From a virus: a stretch of 64,000 bases of DNA. The stretch lies in the IMG/VR virus record IMGVR_UViG_3300042898_006156, positions 1 through 64,000 of that record; one strand, 5' to 3'. This document shows, piece by piece, positions 8,899 through 19,079 of this stretch (its first letter is position 1; every line of letters begins with the position of its first letter). Position numbers and translations under genes: made by a program. The notes beneath the pieces were generated by a model. It ran no database searches. It was not told the DNA's origin and saw only the letters and a program-made list of their open reading frames with translations.

Positions 8899-9057
8899 TT
8901 ATTTTCCCCTACTTCCACTTCTTCTAATAGATGGTTTCAGCGCATTTGACTGAGCTTTTTCATTCTTATTATCTATGGATGTTTTTGCGCCACTTTTATC
9001 TGTATTTTGGAATTTATTCAATAGCGCTTCTTGTTCAGGAGATAATTTCTTTTTCAT
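8899..9057 (-). CDS. small basic protein (52 aa)
   Basis: Hand translation MKKKLSPEQEALLNKF...RRSGSRGK; TATAAT-N6-ATG; below the ORF-track cutoff. Confidence 0.6.
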   Translation of the reverse strand: MKKKLSPEQEALLNKFQNTDKSGAKTSIDNKNEKAQSNALKPSIRRSGSRGK

Positions 9058-9179
9058 ATTACTATTATAAAGTTTTCATTGCTTGTGTTCCTACTTATTA
9101 AGAAACATTATTTATTACTTAATATTTCCTCACCTATTTAGTGGAATAATATAAACAAGATTTCTAAAAGGAAACTAAT

Positions 9180-10145
9180 ATGAAAAAAGCGTTTACTCTT
9201 ATTGAATTACTCGTTGTCATTGCAATCATCGCTATTTTAGCTGCAATCCTCTTCCCTGTTTTTGCCCAGGCTCGTGATAAGGCTCGTTCTTCTTCCTGCT
9301 TATCTAATGAGAAACAAATTGGTCTTGGTCTTATGATGTATACACAAGACTATGATGAGACTTATCCAACTGCATATATGTACAAGAACAACACTGCTAC
9401 TACTAATGGTGGAAGTACAGGTGGATATGTTCACTATTCAGCTATGATACATCCTTATATCAAGAACGATAAGGTTTGGGTATGTCCATCTGATAAGTTA
9501 GGTGGAATAGCTCCAGACAATGCTCCTTGCTTACCTTGGACTGATACAAACACTATGGGATGTGAAGCTCAAGTACCACGCTTGTCTTACATTCCTAATT
9601 CAGCTGTTCTGCCACGAAAAAGAGGCCCACAAGATGCGCCAAGCGTTGTATCAATTGCTGCTGTAGATTTCCCAGCTGACGTTATTGCAATTGCTGAATC
9701 TACTAATCACTTGAGCTGTATTTTCTTAGGTAGTTCTGGACAGCTTAATGTTGAGAGAAGAAATAAATCTCATAGACCAACAAACGCTATGATGAGAACA
9801 ATTAGTGGCGGACAGTGGGCAGGGCAAAACGTGGCAGACGCTACAGGACCAATTTTTGCAATTACCAAGGCTGCTGCTGAAAGTGCTGAAGGTTGGGGTG
9901 GTCCATCTGATTCCGGCGTTACGAATGGTACTGGCTGTCGATCAGTTGCTGCAGACGGTGGATTACATATTAGATTTATGGAACCAGGTCGTCATACAGG
10001 TGGAAGCAATTATGTCTTCGCTGATGGCCACGCAAAGTTCTTTAGATTTGAAACCACAATCAATCCAAACAATTTCCTCTGGGGGAAAACTTATTATCCA
10101 ACAGGTCAGGCAATTCTTGATCAACTTGGAAATCCAGTCCGATAA
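9180..10145 (+). CDS. DUF1559-family prepilin-type N-terminal cleavage/methylation protein with H-X9-DG motif
   Basis: [32 protein letters not shown]; CLSNEKQ...QDYDE; CPSD; [13 protein letters not shown]. Confidence 0.93.
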   Translation: MKKAFTLIELLVVIAIIAILAAILFPVFAQARDKARSSSCLSNEKQIGLGLMMYTQDYDETYPTAYMYKNNTATTNGGSTGGYVHYSAMIHPYIKNDKVWVCPSDKLGGIAPDNAPCLPWTDTNTMGCEAQVPRLSYIPNSAVLPRKRGPQDAPSVVSIAAVDFPADVIAIAESTNHLSCIFLGSSGQLNVERRNKSHRPTNAMMRTISGGQWAGQNVADATGPIFAITKAAAESAEGWGGPSDSGVTNGTGCRSVAADGGLHIRFMEPGRHTGGSNYVFADGHAKFFRFETTINPNNFLWGKTYYPTGQAILDQLGNPVR

Positions 10146-10262
10146 TCTTAAAAAAAGATCTACGAAAGTAGATCTTTTTTTTCTTATAGATCTATCTTAA
10201 TCTTTCTTTCATTTATTGAACATATAATACTATTGTTCGTCTAATCAACAGAGGTAAAAATT

Positions 10263-10574
10263 ATGAATAAAGTACTCGTTTCTCTTGCAGCTTCTTTGGC
10301 TGTCCTTGGTGTTGTTTTCGCACAGGTTCCAGGTGGTTTTCAGGAAGCTCCACGTCCAGGGCAAGTTCCATTTCCTCTTGGACAGGTTGGTGGAATGAAA
10401 ACAGGTGGTGGAAGTGTTGCTGCTTCTGGCAATTTTGTTTATGTTCTTTCTGGCAACACTCTTTATCAATTTAGTGTTGATGGTTTGAAGCTTGTGGCAA
10501 AGACTACTCTTCCACTTTCAGATCGTGGTCAGGGTGGTCGTGGGCAAGGTCGTCCTGATGGTGTTCAAAAGTAA
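10263..10574 (+). CDS. small secreted Gly-rich protein
   Basis: Signal peptide ending VFA-Q; GAGGT SD. Confidence 0.75.
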   Translation: MNKVLVSLAASLAVLGVVFAQVPGGFQEAPRPGQVPFPLGQVGGMKTGGGSVAASGNFVYVLSGNTLYQFSVDGLKLVAKTTLPLSDRGQGGRGQGRPDGVQK

Positions 10575-10589
10575 TAGAAGCAGACCAAC

Positions 10590-10638
10590 AAACACAAAAA
10601 CAGGGGCTTTGAAAAAGCAGCCCCTGTTTTTGTGTTTT
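10590..10638 (+). terminator. long-stem terminator/inverted repeat
   Basis: AAACACAAAAACAGGGGCT / AGCCCCTGTTTTTGTGTTT. Confidence 0.75.
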
Positions 10639-10686
10639 GGGATGCGAAATAGGAAACTGTATACTAAATAATGGAATAAAAAAGAT

Positions 10687-13600
10687 ATGAAAAGGTATAG
10701 TTTTAGGATCATCACAGCTGGCATAAAAGAAGATATTTTGGGAATTTGTAATTTTCTGAATAAAGATGCAGAATATTATCAAGACTTAAGAGAAACAGTA
10801 AAGCAATATGATCAAAAGTATCAAGTATTTGCTGCTTGGTTATTGGCCCGTAATATTGAACCAAATGAATATATTGAAGCTATACAAAAATATATTGACT
10901 CAAGAAGAATTACTAAATTTTCAGTTGGCGCAAAAGCTGTCAAAATAAACGATGAAGTTTTTGATGATGCAATTAAACTAACAGAATATATCCACGCTCA
11001 ATTTCCTATTTTGCAAGCTGAAAAACAGGCTGAAAATACTGAAATTGAAGATGTTCCTGTTGTAGCAAATAAAGATAATTCCATTAAGATATTTGAGATA
11101 AATGATGCCAACGATGGTAGAAGATTAGTTGGTGATGATACAAGCTGGTGTATCGGCTATAAAGGCCCAAATAATATGTGGCAATCTTATAGAGATAGTC
11201 ATGATGCTTCTTTTTTTGTTGTTGTTGATAATAATCCTCCTACAGAAAATCAAAGAAAAGTTGCAATTGATTTTGCTTCAAGTAATGTTTTATTAACAGA
11301 CATTCCAAATGTTACAGGACATCAACTTTCAAATGGATGGGATTGGGATAAGTATTCTGAATATTTATCTAGCAAGGGAATAAATTTACAAGCAACAAGG
11401 CCAAATCCTGAAACTGGTCAAGAAGAATTAATTCTCAAGAACAAACCCAAAACTACAGAAGAAAGATTACAAAATGGCACATTCAATTATATAGCTGCTT
11501 TGGGTGTGGAAGATATTCTTTTATGGCAATCTGGAAAATCTAAAGTCAATGGTGAAGATAGAGACATAGAAAGAATAGATAAAAATAGTTTAGATATTAT
11601 AGAAGAGATTTCAAGTAGATCTGGTATTGCGTACATCCTTAATAACCCTGATGCTAAATTCTATACTTCAAGATGGATGGGATTAGGCAAACGTGTAAAA
11701 GATGAAGTTTTAGAATATTTATCTAGAAGTGTTGGTGGTGAAGATTTGTTGATGAAATATGTCAACACTGGGTTGGGAATTCCTGAAACGCAATATCAAT
11801 TTATTAGAAAAAACAAAAATTTACTTACTTCATACTTGAGAAGTCTAATTATAGGCGGTAGAAATTTTAGTCCTGCTATGCAAATTGATTTAATGAACTT
11901 AAATAGAAAAGATTTATTTAAACAATTAATTGAAAAACAGGGTGGTATTTCTGAATTTGCTAAACCAACCTTAGAAGAAAAACCAGATTTTTTGAGAATT
12001 TATCTTGAAACTTTGATTGAAAATAACAATTTACAAACTGGTATGCGAGCTGACCTTTCTGATGCAGATTTATTATTAAAGTTAAACGACAGAGATTTAT
12101 TGATAAAATATATTAGCACTGTAAAAACTTTTGTTCCAAATGGTGTACGAAATTTTATTTTCGAAGATCCTAAATTTCCTGAATTATATTTATTATATGC
12201 AAAAAATAGATTGACAGATGATAATTTAGTAGATTACACTTCGGCTTTTGACAAACAAGATTTAAAAAATGTCGTATTGCAATCAGGGGATAAATCACTT
12301 ATCAAAGAAGTGGCTATGGCAACTGGTTTCAATGAAGAAGATTTTGAAAAAGCAAAAGAACTTGGGGTATTGGAAGAAGTAAAGTATTCAATATTATGTC
12401 CAAAACCTTCCGAAAAAATTGCTAAATATTACAATCCTAACGATCCATTTGATCTTTCGTTAATTGCCCAAATTAAAGATGTAGATGTTTTACGTGAATT
12501 TTCTCTTAATAACTTTGATGAATATAGTGAAACTTATCATAATGATTGGAGTAATAATCCAACCATAAATTTTGCATTTGATCTTAAAGAACACGAACAA
12601 ACAATCAAAAAAGATGCTCATTATGCATACAAAGATAGACCAGAAGAAATTGTTCCTAATAATGCAAATCAAACTTTATTATGGGCTATTTATAATGATG
12701 GCAAATTATTTAAGAAATTTGAAGAATTAGAGATGAGTGATGAAGCAAAAGAAAATTTCAGAGATGCAATCCAAGAATTTCAAAATGCAATACAAGATAT
12801 AAATTTTTGGAAAAATTTCTTTAAGAATATAGATCATTTTGCTGATTGGATAGGTAGTGAACTTAATTTTAATGAAAATGATTTTGCAAACATTTTAAAG
12901 TTTATTCCACAAGAATTTTTAGAAGATCCAGAAATTAAAGAATTTTTGCAGAGAAATATGAACAGCATTTCTACTAAGAATTTTATGAATAATATAGACA
13001 TTGAAAAAACACCTTGGCTATATGAAGACTATATAAATCAATTTGTAGATGGTGAAAGAAATGTAAGATCTGAATTTTACAGAGTATTATATCGTGGTAG
13101 AAGTTATGCATTTGAATTCCTTTCAAAAATACTTGAAAAAAGAAAATTTAGTGATGAAGAAATTGATTCATTTAACAACTTTACACCAGATATTATGTTA
13201 GAATTTTTGGATATATATACACATCATTATCCAGAAGTAAAAGAAGATCCAAATTTTTATAATTTAGGAATATTTAGTTATTTTAGAAATCGTCCAAATT
13301 TAAATCATCAATTACATTTATTGAGAAATTATCCTAAATATTTTGAAACGAGAATTTTAGAGAGAGATGTTTATGTGGATATATTGCCAGAAATAAGGGC
13401 AGCATTAGTTCATATGTATCCTAACCTTGCTCCGAAAATTCTTGCATATGAAAGACAATCAAAATATGGCCCTGGATATTTTGATGAAGAAGCTGGCCAA
13501 GTGATGAAAGGAAAAAGACCAACACCGCCTGGGACACAAGAAGAATTACCTGATCCATTTGCGTCAGAAGAACCTGAAGAAGATGAAGAAGAAGAACCTA

Positions 13601-13710
13601 TCACTGCTTTTGTAAAATCTATGGTGAAAATAGCTCAGAAATTAGATTTTAATTATCAATACAAGTTAGCAGATAAGTTTACACATATATTGAGAAAATA
13701 CAATGTTTAA
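10687..13710 (+). CDS. large protein, WC-motif N-terminal domain, C-terminal shared module; putative virion internal protein
   Basis: DTSWCIGYKGPNNMWQSYR; paralogue of next gene; ends SMVKIAQKLDFNYQYKLADKF. Confidence 0.8.
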   Translation: MKRYSFRIITAGIKEDILGICNFLNKDAEYYQDLRETVKQYDQKYQVFAAWLLARNIEPNEYIEAIQKYIDSRRITKFSVGAKAVKINDEVFDDAIKLTEYIHAQFPILQAEKQAENTEIEDVPVVANKDNSIKIFEINDANDGRRLVGDDTSWCIGYKGPNNMWQSYRDSHDASFFVVVDNNPPTENQRKVAIDFASSNVLLTDIPNVTGHQLSNGWDWDKYSEYLSSKGINLQATRPNPETGQEELILKNKPKTTEERLQNGTFNYIAALGVEDILLWQSGKSKVNGEDRDIERIDKNSLDIIEEISSRSGIAYILNNPDAKFYTSRWMGLGKRVKDEVLEYLSRSVGGEDLLMKYVNTGLGIPETQYQFIRKNKNLLTSYLRSLIIGGRNFSPAMQIDLMNLNRKDLFKQLIEKQGGISEFAKPTLEEKPDFLRIYLETLIENNNLQTGMRADLSDADLLLKLNDRDLLIKYISTVKTFVPNGVRNFIFEDPKFPELYLLYAKNRLTDDNLVDYTSAFDKQDLKNVVLQSGDKSLIKEVAMATGFNEEDFEKAKELGVLEEVKYSILCPKPSEKIAKYYNPNDPFDLSLIAQIKDVDVLREFSLNNFDEYSETYHNDWSNNPTINFAFDLKEHEQTIKKDAHYAYKDRPEEIVPNNANQTLLWAIYNDGKLFKKFEELEMSDEAKENFRDAIQEFQNAIQDINFWKNFFKNIDHFADWIGSELNFNENDFANILKFIPQEFLEDPEIKEFLQRNMNSISTKNFMNNIDIEKTPWLYEDYINQFVDGERNVRSEFYRVLYRGRSYAFEFLSKILEKRKFSDEEIDSFNNFTPDIMLEFLDIYTHHYPEVKEDPNFYNLGIFSYFRNRPNLNHQLHLLRNYPKYFETRILERDVYVDILPEIRAALVHMYPNLAPKILAYERQSKYGPGYFDEEAGQVMKGKRPTPPGTQEELPDPFASEEPEEDEEEEPITAFVKSMVKIAQKLDFNYQYKLADKFTHILRKYNV

Positions 13711-16507
13711 TAATCGTATAGTAATAGCAAATAAAGAATTATTTATTTCAATTTTCAAGTCTGTTGGAAAAGATTATAACAGCTATAAAGAAATTGTAAA
13801 TAAATATAATTCAGTATTTAAGCCTCTTGCTGCTTGGATGTTGGCAAGAGATTCTGATGAAAATGCTATTAACGATATTGTTAGTCATTTAACCCAATAT
13901 ATAAATCGTAAAAAATTAAATCCGGCCAATATCAAAGTATCTAAAAGTTTTGTTGTTATAAATGACGAGCAATTTGATGACTTGATGGCACTTATTGATT
14001 TTGTTCACGGTAATTTCCCTATAGCAAAAAAACAAGAAGAAAGAGTAGAACAATCTGAAACTAGTCATACTCCTATCCTCACTGGCGACGGAATTAAGGT
14101 TTTTAAAGTAGAAAAAGCTCAAGACAGCAAACAATTAGCTGCAGATACTTCTTGGTGTATTGCTTATCCAGGCGAAAATAATATGTGGCAAAGTTATAGA
14201 AGCAATCAAGCTGCTACATTTTATATTGTATGGGACGAAAATCCACCCACTCCTAATCAAAGAAAAGTGGCTCTGCAATTTAATAATAACAACGTTCAAA
14301 TTACTGATATTCCCAATAGAACAGGTTTTAATTTATCTGATGACATTTCTTTCCAATATGAAGGAAAAATGATTACCGGAAGAGATATTCCCACATATCT
14401 TACTTATTTAAAAAGTAAAGGAGTGGATATAGATGCTACAACAACTAATCCTGAAACTGGCGAAGAAGAAAAAATATTAATAAATAAACCTCTTACACCA
14501 GAAGAAAAATTAGAAACTGGTTTAGGTAATTACGTTAAACGCCAAGATATAAATGTTGATGATGTAAAAAGTTGGTCTACTGGAAAATTTGTTTTAAGAA
14601 GTACTACAAAAGATGGATTTATCAAAGACAATGGAGATAATACTTATTTACTTTCTAATCAAAGGTATGTAGTAAAACCAATTGAAATCCCTGAAGAAAT
14701 GATTGCTGAAAAAACGCATTTAGGCAAAAGTGCAGGAATGTTGCCTTCAGATTCAACGGCTCATTTATTAGAATCTATAACCATTGAATCTGATAGCGTC
14801 AAAACATATCTTTCCAAATTCATCGGTATGGGTTGGATATTACCCAATGATATTTTTGAATATTTATTTGATGTTCCTGGTGGCAAAGATTATTTAATTC
14901 AATATGTAAATACTGGATTAGAATTACCTCGCACTCAAAGAGAAAAAATAAAAACCAATAATCAATTATTTAATTCATATGTCAAGCAACAATTATCTGC
15001 TTGGGAACTGGGACATAATAATGGTGAGATATTAGAATATCTCGACCCTAACAACCCTAGTGATAAAGAAAAAGTTTTAAAAGCATTTTCTAAAACCAAA
15101 AATTTTAGTGGAATTCCTCAAAATTGGAAAGAGAATGTACCTCAAATTGGAGTATCTGTTGCTACCGCTGGCGATGATTTTAATTTCAATGATCCTTTAG
15201 CTGAAAAATTAGCTATTGCTAAAGGTTTGTTTAAAGTTTATCAAAAAAATCCAACTTTAGAAAATACAAGAATTTATCTACATACTCCAGAAGCTATTGA
15301 ACCTTTAAGAGCACAAGCAGAAGCAGATGGATATAATGCTGAAGTTCTTAATTCTCCAAGTAATTTTGCTTCATTTGCTGGAAGATTTACATTAATTCCT
15401 GATGAATTTAAGAATCTTCCTGAATTTTATGAAATATCTAAAATTGCAGTAGCTTCTTACAAAACAAGACTTGACTTTATTCAAAAAATTAGAAGTAAAG
15501 ATGAATCTGAACTAACTCAAGATGATTTAGAAACTGGTGTTGCATTAGTTTTAGTAACTGGGCAAGGTGTTCAATATACTGCATTAGAAAATTCTGGAAA
15601 ATTCTGGAATTATTTATATGATAATTTTGAAAGATATTATAGTGGTAGATTTAGTAGAGTTGGATTAGAAAAGAGAGAAATTCCAGACGATGTTGATCAG
15701 GAAGATGAAGACTTTGATGAGGAAGAATATCCAACTTATGATGACCCTGGTGAACAAAAATGGATAATTAATGCAAGTTTATCTAAAATTCCAAAATATG
15801 CATTGATAAATGAGCCTGATTTAAGAGAAAAATTCTTAAGTAGATTTAGTCCAAAGCTTCTTGTCCATAAACTTTTAGAATCTCCAAGTTCTGAAAATGG
15901 GGCCAATTTAGCTGCAGAATATATAAACAGTATCGAAGATCTTCCAATTTCAATAACAATGTACTTAACATATAATAAAAATCCTATAACAGAAAAAATA
16001 TTAAAAACGTCAAGTTTAGATGAATATAATAATTATATGAAAAAGAATCGTAGTCAATTAGATATAAGAGACTATGCAAGATTATTAAATTTTTATCCTT
16101 TTATTAGTGATCAAATTTCAGACCAGATGTTATTAAGACAATGGAAAAATATGAAATCTGTAGGTATTAATAATACTGAACAATTTGAAGTGTTTAATTC
16201 TTTAATTAATACAAGACCAGAATTTTTTAGAAATCATTGGCAAGAAATAGATTTATTTCCTGTTTGGATAAATGAATTAAAAGAAAGAAATATTATCGGT
16301 ACACAAAAACCTCAACCAATTCAAGAAACTGATGAACAGATGCAAGAAAGCTTAAATAATGTTTTCAAGAATATGTCTGCTTTACCTAATGATGAAGATG
16401 TATTAGCTTCTGTTAAATCTATGCTGAAAATCGCTCAAAAACTTGATATTAAAAAAGAATATAGGTTAGCAGATAAACTAACCTATATATTGACAAAAAA
16501 GATATAA
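13703..16507 (+). CDS. large paralogue of 10687-13710; putative virion internal protein
   Basis: DTSWCIAYPGENNMWQSYR, NQRKVA, TDIPN, NPETG, YVNTGL shared; ends SMLKIAQKLDIKKEYRLADKL. Confidence 0.8.
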   Translation: MFNNRIVIANKELFISIFKSVGKDYNSYKEIVNKYNSVFKPLAAWMLARDSDENAINDIVSHLTQYINRKKLNPANIKVSKSFVVINDEQFDDLMALIDFVHGNFPIAKKQEERVEQSETSHTPILTGDGIKVFKVEKAQDSKQLAADTSWCIAYPGENNMWQSYRSNQAATFYIVWDENPPTPNQRKVALQFNNNNVQITDIPNRTGFNLSDDISFQYEGKMITGRDIPTYLTYLKSKGVDIDATTTNPETGEEEKILINKPLTPEEKLETGLGNYVKRQDINVDDVKSWSTGKFVLRSTTKDGFIKDNGDNTYLLSNQRYVVKPIEIPEEMIAEKTHLGKSAGMLPSDSTAHLLESITIESDSVKTYLSKFIGMGWILPNDIFEYLFDVPGGKDYLIQYVNTGLELPRTQREKIKTNNQLFNSYVKQQLSAWELGHNNGEILEYLDPNNPSDKEKVLKAFSKTKNFSGIPQNWKENVPQIGVSVATAGDDFNFNDPLAEKLAIAKGLFKVYQKNPTLENTRIYLHTPEAIEPLRAQAEADGYNAEVLNSPSNFASFAGRFTLIPDEFKNLPEFYEISKIAVASYKTRLDFIQKIRSKDESELTQDDLETGVALVLVTGQGVQYTALENSGKFWNYLYDNFERYYSGRFSRVGLEKREIPDDVDQEDEDFDEEEYPTYDDPGEQKWIINASLSKIPKYALINEPDLREKFLSRFSPKLLVHKLLESPSSENGANLAAEYINSIEDLPISITMYLTYNKNPITEKILKTSSLDEYNNYMKKNRSQLDIRDYARLLNFYPFISDQISDQMLLRQWKNMKSVGINNTEQFEVFNSLINTRPEFFRNHWQEIDLFPVWINELKERNIIGTQKPQPIQETDEQMQESLNNVFKNMSALPNDEDVLASVKSMLKIAQKLDIKKEYRLADKLTYILTKKI

Positions 16508-16510
16508 TTC

Positions 16511-18286
16511 TTATTCAAAATCATCTGGAAGTACGAGTTCTTCCTCACCATCTTCCAGTTGTTTCTTTCTATGTCTAGCTAAATTAAAAGATTCACCTTC
16601 TGGAAGGTCCTGGAATCTTAATTGAGCTGGATCTTCAGTATACATTTGAGAGCCAGTGATATAACTCATTTTTGGTTTGTATTCAACATCATAATCTTGT
16701 AAATTAGGCAAAGTGAATTGGACACCTAATAATTCTTCAAACTTTTGCACTGATTCATTATTCTCATATGTTGCAAAAATCTTTTTAGCTATTTCTAAAC
16801 TTAATTTATCTGAAGAAGTATCCATAGCCCCATAGGTAGATTGATCTAAATCAAATTCATTTTCATCTAAGCTGAAACCAAAATTATCATTCATATATCT
16901 TGCATGCTCATCATATTGATCAGCGAAATGATAAAGCAAATCTGTCAATGGATTATTTCTTAATAGATTTTCTGCTGTCTTGAGCTTGTATGCATCTACA
17001 CCACCACGAAGCTCATAAAATTCTTGTTCTTGTGCTAGATCAGGTAAATAAATATCATCAACTTCTCTTTTTAATTTATCAAAAGCAACACTTACAACAG
17101 TGTCTGCTAATTCATTGATGTCATAATCTTCTAAAGAAAAAGTTCTTCCATAGGGTTTGCTTTTTAATCCTTCTTCTATAGCACTTGTAGCTTCTTTGAC
17201 AAGATCAACCATATTAGCATTTCTTATATTTTGCTCAGTAAATTCATCTTGGTTAAAATCTTCAGAAGTAATTCCAAATCTAGCAAAATCTCCATTGTCA
17301 TCATCATCGCCATAGTCTTCAAGATATGGCCCATAAGCAGATTCAGTTATAGAATATCTTAAATCATCAGGATAAGTAGACCAATCTACTTCACTCGGAT
17401 CCCATTCACTAGCTCTTTGATGAACCCAACCTTCACCAGCTTTTTTGTTAATATCATCTCTGCCTTCAAAGAATTCTGCAATTTTTTCTACTTTATCTTC
17501 ATCGTGAATTTCAGAATTGTTTGGGCCTTTAATTTGCTTTACTTTTCCATCTCTGCCAACTTCAATTGTAGCTTCTGGATTGTTAAACTTATTACGCAAA
17601 GAGTAAATTGTGCAATCTCCATATTCAACAGATTTAGCATATGAACCAACACAGTGATGCATAAAATTGCCTTCAACATCTAAATCATTCGGATCTTCCA
17701 CTCTTACTATCATAGAACCGTCTTCAAATCTGTGAACAATCTTTTCATCAACTAATTGCCCAGATTCATCTCTCTTAAATGGTAAATAGAATTTTCCAGA
17801 TCCTCTTTCTGTCATAGCTCTGTGCCATTCATTAGAATCTTCGTATGCTTCTTCAAGTGATTTTGTCCCAATGTTATAGTTAGGATTATCTAAAGTATGT
17901 GCTCTAAAGAAGTCTTGAATCTCATCCAGGTTGTCTTTTATATCACGTAATGGTTTATTGTAATCCCACCTATCATCTCTTGGATCATCTGAAAGTTTAT
18001 TAGCTCTTTGAAGTTTATATTGATATAATGCCCAACTTTGAAATCTTGGATCATAATCTTGAACAAGTTGTTTTTCAGTTCCAGATGGCTTATATCCAGA
18101 TTCAAATAAACTTTTTAAATCATCTATCATCATAGAAGGATTCTGATTCAATGCACCAATAGCTTTACCTTTTTTGTCATTAGGTAAACTATGCACAAAC
18201 TGAATAATCTGATCACTCACGCCTTTTGATTGCAAGGCATTGATTGCATCTTCTATCGCTGCTAAAATTGTTCTGTTATACCACAT
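16511..18286 (-). CDS. PcfJ-like domain protein
   Basis: DLDVEGNFMHHCVGSY...IYSLR...ATIEV...QIKGPNN; MWYNRTILAA leader. Confidence 0.75.
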   Translation of the reverse strand: MWYNRTILAAIEDAINALQSKGVSDQIIQFVHSLPNDKKGKAIGALNQNPSMMIDDLKSLFESGYKPSGTEKQLVQDYDPRFQSWALYQYKLQRANKLSDDPRDDRWDYNKPLRDIKDNLDEIQDFFRAHTLDNPNYNIGTKSLEEAYEDSNEWHRAMTERGSGKFYLPFKRDESGQLVDEKIVHRFEDGSMIVRVEDPNDLDVEGNFMHHCVGSYAKSVEYGDCTIYSLRNKFNNPEATIEVGRDGKVKQIKGPNNSEIHDEDKVEKIAEFFEGRDDINKKAGEGWVHQRASEWDPSEVDWSTYPDDLRYSITESAYGPYLEDYGDDDDNGDFARFGITSEDFNQDEFTEQNIRNANMVDLVKEATSAIEEGLKSKPYGRTFSLEDYDINELADTVVSVAFDKLKREVDDIYLPDLAQEQEFYELRGGVDAYKLKTAENLLRNNPLTDLLYHFADQYDEHARYMNDNFGFSLDENEFDLDQSTYGAMDTSSDKLSLEIAKKIFATYENNESVQKFEELLGVQFTLPNLQDYDVEYKPKMSYITGSQMYTEDPAQLRFQDLPEGESFNLARHRKKQLEDGEEELVLPDDFE

Positions 18287-18681
18287 TATGTTTTACTCAA
18301 TATATTATTTAAATGCTTATGTAATTCTGGTTCTATTTCAGAAAGAGCTTTTATATCATTCCTATTGTTATTAATTTGGTCATAATGATCTCTATACACA
18401 TTAATCATATTTGCGAAAGAAGATTGATCCATTTTATAATCAGGATCATTTAATATAGTGTCCAACATTATTTTTGATTGTGCGTGGTCAAATAATAATG
18501 GATCTATTACCATTTGTTGTAAATATATATTTGCATCCTGACCAAATTTATTGTCAATTTCTGGTTGAGAATCACCTTTGAAATTTTTATTCATGGGTAA
18601 TCTATTTTTATAATCATCTTTCTGTTGTGTTGGATATCTATAAAATGGAACAGACATATCTTGAGCTTTTCGATACCACAT
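18286..18681 (-). CDS. hypothetical protein with MWY leader
   Basis: MWYRKAQ; stop overlaps next start. Confidence 0.75.
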   Translation of the reverse strand: MWYRKAQDMSVPFYRYPTQQKDDYKNRLPMNKNFKGDSQPEIDNKFGQDANIYLQQMVIDPLLFDHAQSKIMLDTILNDPDYKMDQSSFANMINVYRDHYDQINNNRNDIKALSEIEPELHKHLNNILSKT

Positions 18682-18716
18682 ATTAATAAGTTTCTTACAA
18701 AAAAAGAAGCCCCCCT

Positions 18717-19079
18717 TTATTGGGAGGCTTCTTTTTCACATAACCAAAGATAATTATTTATTTTTTGGACTACATCACAACTTGTTTCGTAAAATCCACC
18801 TAAAGAATTTTCCACTTCTAAATGTAAATCTAATTCATCTATTATATTGGATATCGCTTTGTGAGAAACGAATGATCCTTTAGGCTGCCAAATATTATCT
18901 ATTTTTTCATATGAATTTAATTCAAATTCGATAAGAAATTCTTTCATTATTTCATTGAAATTTATTTTTGAAGAATCTAATCTTTGTGTTTTAAGTAAAT
19001 TATAAAAATCTTTTTCTGAAAAACATCTATTATTTTCCATCATACACTCGATGAAAACTACAGCAAAGAATTCTTCCAT
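18717..19079 (-). CDS. hypothetical protein
   Basis: 120-aa ORF; start uncertain. Confidence 0.65.
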   Translation of the reverse strand: MEEFFAVVFIECMMENNRCFSEKDFYNLLKTQRLDSSKINFNEIMKEFLIEFELNSYEKIDNIWQPKGSFVSHKAISNIIDELDLHLEVENSLGGFYETSCDVVQKINNYLWLCEKEASQ

